Assembly (NCBI GenBank): GCA_029567505.1
Contig: JAKPXO010000168.1
Location: 2,828 to 66,827 of the forward strand
Reading direction: 5' to 3'
Length of the DNA: 64,000 nt
From: Acidobacteriota bacterium
Lineage (GTDB): Bacteria; Acidobacteriota; Thermoanaerobaculia; UBA5066
The position numbers and the translations under genes are program-made. Shown one piece after another: positions 58,307 to 64,000 of the stretch (positions are counted from its first letter, which is position 1; each line of letters starts with the position of its first letter). The notes beneath the pieces are model-generated. The model was given only the letters and a program-made list of their open reading frames with translations. It did not search any database and was not told where the DNA came from.

Positions 58307-59457
58307 CTCAGCCTCTCCATCCGAAGCGTGTACTTCTCGAGCCGCTCCGGAATCACGTCGACGCCGATCCCTTCGCCGGCCGGCACCTCGACGAACCCCT
58401 CCGCGTCGAGGACGACGGAGGGGGTCACGAGGTCCTCGCGGAAGTACCGGCTCGTCTCCGACGTGTCGCCCGGAAGCGTGAAGCCCTCCACCGTTTGGAG
58501 GTGGATGTTCACGGCGCGGCCGATGCCCGTCTCGTCCATCCCGCCCGACCAGACCGGGATCCCCCGCTCCCTCGCGAAGGCGAGGAGCCGGAGCGACTCG
58601 AGTAGCCCGCCAACGCGCCCTTCCTTCAGGTTCAGGACCCGGCAGGCGCCGAGCTCGACGGCGGCGCGGAAGTCGGCGAGGTCGTGGATCGACTCGTCGA
58701 GGCAGAGCGGCGTCGCGAGCTCCTTCTCGAGGAGCGAGTGCTCGAAGATGTCGGCATACGAGAGCGGCTGCTCGATCATCGTGAGGCCGAAGGCGTCGAG
58801 CCTCGCGAGGTGCGCGGCGTCCTCGAGGCGGTAGTCGCCGTTCGCGTCGGCCATCAGCGGCAGGTCGGGGAAGCGCTCGCGGACCGCCGCGACGTAGTCG
58901 ACGTCCTTCCCCTTTTTCACCTTCACCTTCACCCGGTGGTAGCCGCGCGCGACCGCCTCCTCGACCACGCGGACGAGCGCCGCGGGCGAGTCCTGCAGGC
59001 CGATGCTGATCCCCGAAGGGATTCGCTTTCGCGCCCCGCCGAGGAGCTCGTGGAGCGGCACGCCCTTCCGCTTCGCCGCGAGGTCCACGAGGGCGTTCTC
59101 GAGCGACGCCTTCGCCATCCGGTTCCCGCGAACGTGGCCGAAGCGCCCGTCGAGCTCGACGAACGTGAGGCCCGGCTCGACGAGCGGGAGGAGGAACTCG
59201 GCCACGACGTGCCGAGCGGAGGTCGTCGTCTCCGGCGCGTAGAACGGGTCGGGATCGGCGACGCACTCGCCCCAGCCGATCTTCCCGCCGCCCTCGACGC
59301 GGACGAGGAACGTCTCCTTCCCCGTCCAGGTCGCCGTGGAGATCGAGAACGGCTTCACGAACGGGAGGCTCACGTGGACGAGGTCGACCCGCTCGAAGGC
59401 GGGGACGCGCTCGGCCTCGAGCGGCAGCGCCGACGCGCGTTCCGCGGGCCCGCTCAC
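58303..59457 (-). CDS. enolase-superfamily dipeptide epimerase / o-succinylbenzoate-synthase-like enzyme (MR/MLE family)
   Basis: Start GTG (GTGA overlap with the M14 stop). N-terminal capping domain (VDLVHVSLPFVKPFSISTATWTGKETFLVRV). The barrel carries KVKVKKG and metal ligands D(ANGDY), E(IEQP) and D(ESI). Compare E. coli YcjG. Confidence 0.8.
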   Translation of the reverse strand: MSGPAERASALPLEAERVPAFERVDLVHVSLPFVKPFSISTATWTGKETFLVRVEGGGKIGWGECVADPDPFYAPETTTSARHVVAEFLLPLVEPGLTFVELDGRFGHVRGNRMAKASLENALVDLAAKRKGVPLHELLGGARKRIPSGISIGLQDSPAALVRVVEEAVARGYHRVKVKVKKGKDVDYVAAVRERFPDLPLMADANGDYRLEDAAHLARLDAFGLTMIEQPLSYADIFEHSLLEKELATPLCLDESIHDLADFRAAVELGACRVLNLKEGRVGGLLESLRLLAFARERGIPVWSGGMDETGIGRAVNIHLQTVEGFTLPGDTSETSRYFREDLVTPSVVLDAEGFVEVPAGEGIGVDVIPERLEKYTLRMERLR

Positions 59458-60992
59458 CGTGGTGATCCTGCCGGCGCCGCGAGGGCGACCACGCGCCGGA
59501 CGGGGATCGTCCCGTCCCACGCGACGAGCGCCTTCAGGCGGGGGTACTGCCAGAGGCCGTACATCGCCGTCGGCTCGAGAAGGATCGCGGCGCGCAGCGC
59601 GTCCGGCCCCTCGAGCGGGACCCAGAGGCTCCCGGCCGGCAGCTCGATCGTCTTCGCCGCGCCGCGCTTCACGATCGTCCGGCCGCCGTACCGGCCGTAG
59701 AGGTCGTCGAACTCCTCCTCCACGCGGAGGAGCGCACACGTCTCGGCCGTCACCGTCCGCGGTGCCGCGAGCGTCTCGTACGCGAGGCCGTGCCGCTTCA
59801 GAAGAGCGCCGATCTCCGCGGCCGCCGCCGGCTCGACGGCGTAGCCGAGCGGCGTCGGGACGCTCCGCTTCACCGCGACGTCGGTCATCACGTTCGCCGT
59901 CGGCACCCGGAGCGCCTTCCCCGTCGCGAGGTCGACGACGGGGAACTCCGTCACCGTCCCCTCCGGGTTCACCCAGAGCGCGTCCGACGGCAGGAACGGC
60001 GGGAGCGGGCGCTTCCACGCCTGCTCGACGACGGCGCGGTCCTCTGCCCTTCGGCCGCCCCCGTCGAGGAACCGCCGGAAGAGGACGAGGTAGGCATCCA
60101 CCCGTTTGCCGAGGTCGGCCTGCGGGTTCGGCGACCTGTGACGGACGGCCGCCTCGATGATGAACGACAGGCCGCCGTAGGCGCCGAGGCCGTTCAGGCC
60201 GCCGTCGGTGTCGGGGGCCGAGTGGCGCTGCTCGTCGTCGGGGGGCGCCCCGCCGACCCAGTAGCGAAGGAAGCGGTGTCCCGCCTTCTCGAGGGGCGCG
60301 GCCGACGCGTCGACCCAGCGCTTCGCCGCCGCGACGCGCTCGCGGTCGAAGTGGGGGTTGTTCAGCCCGTCCATCGTGATGTCGGGCCACTTCTCCCACC
60401 CCTTCCTCGTCCACTCCTCCTGGTCGCGTCCGAACTCGTGAGCGTCGACGGCGAGGTGCGGCCGCACCCGCCGCGCCACGCGGTGGAGCGCCTCCGTCTC
60501 CGGGTGGAAGAGCGTGACGTGGTCGCGGTTCAGGTCGGCACCCGCCGCGTTCCGTCGCGTGGCGGCCTCGGCGCCGTCGGGGTTCACCATCGGCATCACC
60601 CAGAGGTCGACCTCGGGCGGGAGGAGCTTCGGGTCGCGCGCGAGGTCGCGCAGCAGGTAGAGGAGGGCGTCCTTCCCCGACACCTCGTCGCCGTGCTGCT
60701 GGGCGTAGAAGAGGATGCGGAACGTCGGGCTCGCGCTCCCGCGCGCGTTCACGAGGAAGAGGTTTCGGCCCGCCGCCGTCTTCCCCTCGACGGAGACGGC
60801 GATCGACCCCTTCCCGTCGATCGTCTTCAGGAAGGCCGCCATCTCCTCGTACGAGGTCGACCTCGTCAGAGTCCGGTGGTCCTCCGGAAGGGCGACGTTC
60901 GCGAGGCCGGGACGAACTGCGCCCGGCCCGGACGCCGCGACCGGACCGGGGCCGAGGAGGGCCGCCGCGAAGAGGAGCGCGAGCGCTTTCAC
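59454..60992 (-). CDS. M14-family zinc carboxypeptidase, secreted
   Basis: Signal peptide MKALALLFAAALLGPGPVAASG. HGDE zinc-ligand motif, NPDG, and AVDAHE. C-terminal extension of ~200 aa. Confidence 0.8.
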   Translation of the reverse strand: MKALALLFAAALLGPGPVAASGPGAVRPGLANVALPEDHRTLTRSTSYEEMAAFLKTIDGKGSIAVSVEGKTAAGRNLFLVNARGSASPTFRILFYAQQHGDEVSGKDALLYLLRDLARDPKLLPPEVDLWVMPMVNPDGAEAATRRNAAGADLNRDHVTLFHPETEALHRVARRVRPHLAVDAHEFGRDQEEWTRKGWEKWPDITMDGLNNPHFDRERVAAAKRWVDASAAPLEKAGHRFLRYWVGGAPPDDEQRHSAPDTDGGLNGLGAYGGLSFIIEAAVRHRSPNPQADLGKRVDAYLVLFRRFLDGGGRRAEDRAVVEQAWKRPLPPFLPSDALWVNPEGTVTEFPVVDLATGKALRVPTANVMTDVAVKRSVPTPLGYAVEPAAAAEIGALLKRHGLAYETLAAPRTVTAETCALLRVEEEFDDLYGRYGGRTIVKRGAAKTIELPAGSLWVPLEGPDALRAAILLEPTAMYGLWQYPRLKALVAWDGTIPVRRVVALAAPAGSPR

Positions 60993-61002
60993 GGCCGTGC
61001 TC

Positions 61003-62418
61003 CTAGAACGGTCCCCAGTGCATGAGGACGGGCGGAACGAGGAGGAGGAACGCCAGGACCATGAGCGTCAGCATGAGCGGCAGGAACCAGCGCGCCCACC
61101 TCTCCCACGGGATCTTCGCCATGCCGAGGACCCCCATCGTGACGGCGGAGGTCGGGAGGATTGGGTTGATCAGCTCGCAGAGCTGGTAGGCGAAGACGAT
61201 CGTCTGCCGCGTCAGGCCGACGAGGTCGGCGAGCGGCGCCATGATTGGCATCGTGAGCGCGGCCTGCGCCGTCCCCGAGTGGATGAAGAAGTTGATGACG
61301 CACTGGACGACGAACATCACCTGGGCGGCGACGACGCCGGGGAGGTGCGAGATCAGCCCCGCGCCGTGGAAGAGGATCGTGTCGAGGACCTTCGCCTCGC
61401 GCGCGATGATGAGGAGCGCCCGGCCGCAGGCGATGATGAGCGCCACGTTGACCATGTCCTTCGCGCCGGCGACGAACGCCGTCGCGATCCGCGTCCCGCC
61501 GAGGCCCGCGACGACGCCGAGGACGAGCCCCATCGCGAGGAAAAGGGCGCCGATCTCCTCGATGAACCACTGCTTCTTCAGGATCCCCCAGACGAGGACG
61601 CCCATCGTCGTCACGAAGAGCGAGAGGACGAGGGCGTGCCGGACGGTCCACGGCTCCGCCTCGCCGCTCGCCGGGGCGCTCCGCTCGCGCGCGACGTCGA
61701 GGTCGTGGACGGGGCTCGTCTCCGGGCGCTTCTTCACGCGCGCCGCGTAGACCATCACCCACGCGATCATGACGCCCGTCGTCACGAACCAGGTCGCGAC
61801 CCGGTAGCCGAGGCCCGAGTAGAGCGGCAGGCCGACGAGCCCCTGCGCGATGCCGACGGTGAACGGGTTGAAGAAGGCCGCCCCGAAGCCCGCTGCCGCC
61901 CCGAGGAACGGGATCGCGACACCGACGATCGAGTCGTAACCGAGGGAGATCGCGAGCGGGATGCAGAGGACGACGAACGGGATGACCTCCTCGGACATCC
62001 CGAAGACGGAGCCCGCGAGGGAGAAGACCGCCATGAGGACCGGGATGACGAGCTTCTCGAGGAACGGGCGCGCCGCAAGGGCCGCCGTCAGCTTCCGGAT
62101 CGCGAACTCGATCGTCCCGCCCGCCTGGACGATGCCGAAGGCGCCGCCGATGGCGAAGAGGAACGCGATGATGAGCGCCCCGTCGAGGAAGCCGCGGATC
62201 GGGGCGACGACGACCCACTGCGGGCCGAGCCAGACCTTCTCGACCTGCTGGTAGGTCCCCGGCACCGTGACCGTCCGCCCCGCCTTCTCCACGGTCTGGT
62301 ACGTCCCCGACGGGACGAGCCACGCCAGGACCAGGACGAAGACGACGAGGCTCCCGACGATCACCAGAGTGTGGGGCATTCGGAACGTACGTCCGCTGTT
62401 GCTCGCGGCCTCGGCCAT
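61003..62418 (-). CDS. YfcC/DcuC-like membrane transporter (putative peptide or amino-acid carrier)
   Basis: Start at MAEAASNSGRTFRMPHTLVIVGSLVV with RBS GGGAGAGGGAG. ~12 TM segments with the YfcC-family repeat. It is the first gene of the peptidase operon. Confidence 0.75.
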   Translation of the reverse strand: MAEAASNSGRTFRMPHTLVIVGSLVVFVLVLAWLVPSGTYQTVEKAGRTVTVPGTYQQVEKVWLGPQWVVVAPIRGFLDGALIIAFLFAIGGAFGIVQAGGTIEFAIRKLTAALAARPFLEKLVIPVLMAVFSLAGSVFGMSEEVIPFVVLCIPLAISLGYDSIVGVAIPFLGAAAGFGAAFFNPFTVGIAQGLVGLPLYSGLGYRVATWFVTTGVMIAWVMVYAARVKKRPETSPVHDLDVARERSAPASGEAEPWTVRHALVLSLFVTTMGVLVWGILKKQWFIEEIGALFLAMGLVLGVVAGLGGTRIATAFVAGAKDMVNVALIIACGRALLIIAREAKVLDTILFHGAGLISHLPGVVAAQVMFVVQCVINFFIHSGTAQAALTMPIMAPLADLVGLTRQTIVFAYQLCELINPILPTSAVTMGVLGMAKIPWERWARWFLPLMLTLMVLAFLLLVPPVLMHWGPF

Positions 62419-62677
62419 CGCTCCCTCTCCCTTCCCGATTCCGTTCCTTCGTGGACGACGCCCCGGGCGGCTCCCGGCTTCTCGAGCGCTCCGCGGGCGC
62501 TCCGGCATCATAGAGAACGGGCGTCCTTCCGGGGGGCTCGACCGGTCCATTTCGTGCACATTTCCGGTGTTCCCGGGCTCCCCCGCGGCTCTGCGACGGC
62601 GTCGCCATTGGGCACCGCCGCCGCCATCCTCCGCTGGACCGGGAGGGGTCCGGGGCGCGATGATGGCTGATGGCCGA

Positions 62678-62695
62678 GACCCCGGATCCGGGGTC
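62678..62695. promoter_or_regulatory. 18-bp perfect palindrome GACCCCGGATCCGGGGTC upstream of the hydG-like gene
   Basis: Self-complementary sequence 15 nt upstream of the RBS GGGAGAA. It lies in the divergent intergenic region shared with yfcC. Confidence 0.3.
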
Positions 62696-62710
62696 CGCCA
62701 GGGAGAACCC

Positions 62711-64000
62711 ATGACGCATTCCGCCCTCTCACCCGAGCCCGTCGTCCGGATCGACGACGGCGGGATCTGGAGCGATCTCGAATCCGCCTCCCGGTCCGAC
62801 GCCGGAGAAGTCCGCGCCCTCCTCGCGAAGTCGCGGGAGCTGAAGGGCCTGCGCGGCCGCGACCTCGCCGTCCTCGCGAACGTCACCGACCCGGCGCTCC
62901 TCGACGAGCTCTTCCACACGGCCCGCGAGGTGAAGGAGGCGATCTACGGCCGGCGCATCGTCCTCTTCGCGCCGCTCTACATCTCGAACCTCTGCGCGAA
63001 CGAGTGCACCTACTGCGCCTTCCGCGCGCGGAACACGGCGCTCGTCCGCCGGGCGCTCACGCAGGAGGAGATCTCCCGCGAGGTGAAGTGGCTCGAGGAG
63101 CAGGGGCACAAGCGGATCCTCCTCGTGGCGGGCGAGTCGTACCCGCGCGAGGGGTTCGACTACGTCCTCCGCTCGATCGAGACGGTCTACGCGACCTCCA
63201 GCGGCCCGGGCGAGATCCGCCGCGTGAACGTGAACGTCGCGCCGCTCACCGACGGGGAGTTCCGCCGCCTGAAGGAGGCGAAGATCGGGACCTACCAGCT
63301 CTTCCAGGAGACGTACCACCGCGAGACGTACGCCGAGGTGCACGTCGCCGGGAAGAAGCGGGACTACGACTGGCGCGTCACGGCGATGGACCGGGCCATG
63401 AGGGCCGGGATCGACGACGTCGGCATCGGCATCCTCTTCGGCCTCTTCGACTGGCGCTACGAGCTCCTCGCGCTCATGCAGCACGTGGAGCACCTCGAGC
63501 GGACGTTCGGCGTCGGGCCGCACACGATCTCCGTCCCGCGGATCGAGCCGGCCACCGGGTCGGAGGTCGCGGACCACCCGCCGCACGCCGTCTCCGAGGT
63601 CGACTTCCGGAAGGTCATCGCGATCCTCCGCCTCGCCGTCCCGTACACGGGACTGATCCTCTCGACGCGCGAGTCGGCCGAGACGCGGCGCGAGGTCCTC
63701 GGCCTCGGCATCTCCCAGATCTCGGCCGGCAGCCGGACGAACCCCGGCGGCTACGAGGCCGACCCGGGCGACGCGTGCGCGGAGCAGTTCTCGCTCGGCG
63801 ACCACCGCTCGCTCGACGAGGTGATCCGCGACGTCGCGTCGCTCGGCTTCGTCCCCTCGTTCTGCACCGCCTGCTACCGGCTCGGCCGCACCGGCGCCGA
63901 CTTCATGGACGTGGCGAAGCCGGGCGAGATCAAGGAACACTGCAACCCGAACGCCCTCGCGACGTTCCAGGAGTACCTCCTCGACTACGGCTCGGCGGAG
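62711..64000 (+). CDS. hydG: radical-SAM tyrosine lyase HydG ([FeFe]-hydrogenase H-cluster maturase); 3' partial
   Basis: CANECTYCAF radical-SAM cluster motif. The C-terminal domain motif CTACYRLGRTGADFMDVAKPGEIKEHC (Cx2Cx22C) distinguishes HydG from ThiH. The ORF runs off the window end. Confidence 0.75.
   Translation, partial: MTHSALSPEPVVRIDDGGIWSDLESASRSDAGEVRALLAKSRELKGLRGRDLAVLANVTDPALLDELFHTAREVKEAIYGRRIVLFAPLYISNLCANECTYCAFRARNTALVRRALTQEEISREVKWLEEQGHKRILLVAGESYPREGFDYVLRSIETVYATSSGPGEIRRVNVNVAPLTDGEFRRLKEAKIGTYQLFQETYHRETYAEVHVAGKKRDYDWRVTAMDRAMRAGIDDVGIGILFGLFDWRYELLALMQHVEHLERTFGVGPHTISVPRIEPATGSEVADHPPHAVSEVDFRKVIAILRLAVPYTGLILSTRESAETRREVLGLGISQISAGSRTNPGGYEADPGDACAEQFSLGDHRSLDEVIRDVASLGFVPSFCTACYRLGRTGADFMDVAKPGEIKEHCNPNALATFQEYLLDYGSAE

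Noticed and set aside
62711-64000. Alternative reading of the final gene as ThiH (thiamine biosynthesis)
   Set aside because: The C-terminal Cx2Cx22C auxiliary-cluster motif is characteristic of HydG and absent from ThiH. No thiamine genes are adjacent.

Overview
This is a 64 kb, ~70 % GC bacterial chromosomal segment that is gene-dense on both strands. All family assignments below are made by eye from the translated ORFs and could not be checked against any database. Many long ORFs in the six-frame track lie antisense or out of frame to genes with clear homology; I treat these as high-GC artefacts. The Oar-like TonB-dependent receptor with an N-terminal CarboxypepD_reg-type domain and the codon usage suggest an Acidobacteriota-like or similar soil lineage; this is inference.

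Contents in order:
- 1–1650: the 3' end of a fused 2-oxoacid:ferredoxin oxidoreductase beta–gamma gene and a coupled small Cys protein.
- 2068–6214 (minus strand): an MmeI-family single-chain restriction-modification enzyme, a hicB–hicA toxin–antitoxin pair and a small ORF.
- 6.3–21.3 kb: a copper/silver resistance island. It holds a Met-rich secreted protein, a cytochrome c, a heavy-metal-binding-domain protein, cusCBA, divergent cusRS-like two-component genes, and secreted Cys-rich and His-rich accessory ORFs. A receiver–SAM-methyltransferase–degenerate-sensor operon and a Ser/Thr kinase remnant are embedded in it.
- 21.5–27.7 kb: a multihaem cytochrome cluster. An ~8-haem cytochrome, a TauE-like permease and a PadR regulator precede an outer-membrane beta-barrel gene translationally coupled to a 10-haem periplasmic cytochrome. 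I read the last two as a porin–cytochrome electron conduit candidate.
- 28.4–34.8 kb: a second czcCBA-type RND efflux operon with a His-rich small protein.
- 34.9–41.2 kb: a MacA/MacB-like ABC efflux system with two separate FtsX permease genes and a two-component system.
- 41.2–44.8 kb: a clear TPP riboswitch in front of a TonB-dependent receptor, a PnuC-family transporter and a NadR-type P-loop kinase.
- 44.9–52.8 kb: polyphosphate kinase 2, a DRG/TGS GTPase, a large membrane protein, and a GntR regulator with an Oar-like TonB-dependent receptor.
- 52.9–62.4 kb: a secreted cyanophycinase-like S51 peptidase; a CapA-like gene whose RBS and start sit inside an 18-bp inverted repeat; an OmpA-like protein; two tandem paralogous small Cys-rich ORFs of 53 aa; and a yfcC–M14–dipeptide-epimerase–M28 peptide-catabolism operon.
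- 62711–64000: the 5' part of a HydG-like radical-SAM gene.

No CRISPR array, rRNA, tRNA or transposase was recognised. Coordinates of my own start calls are frame-checked against the ORF track but may be off by a codon choice.
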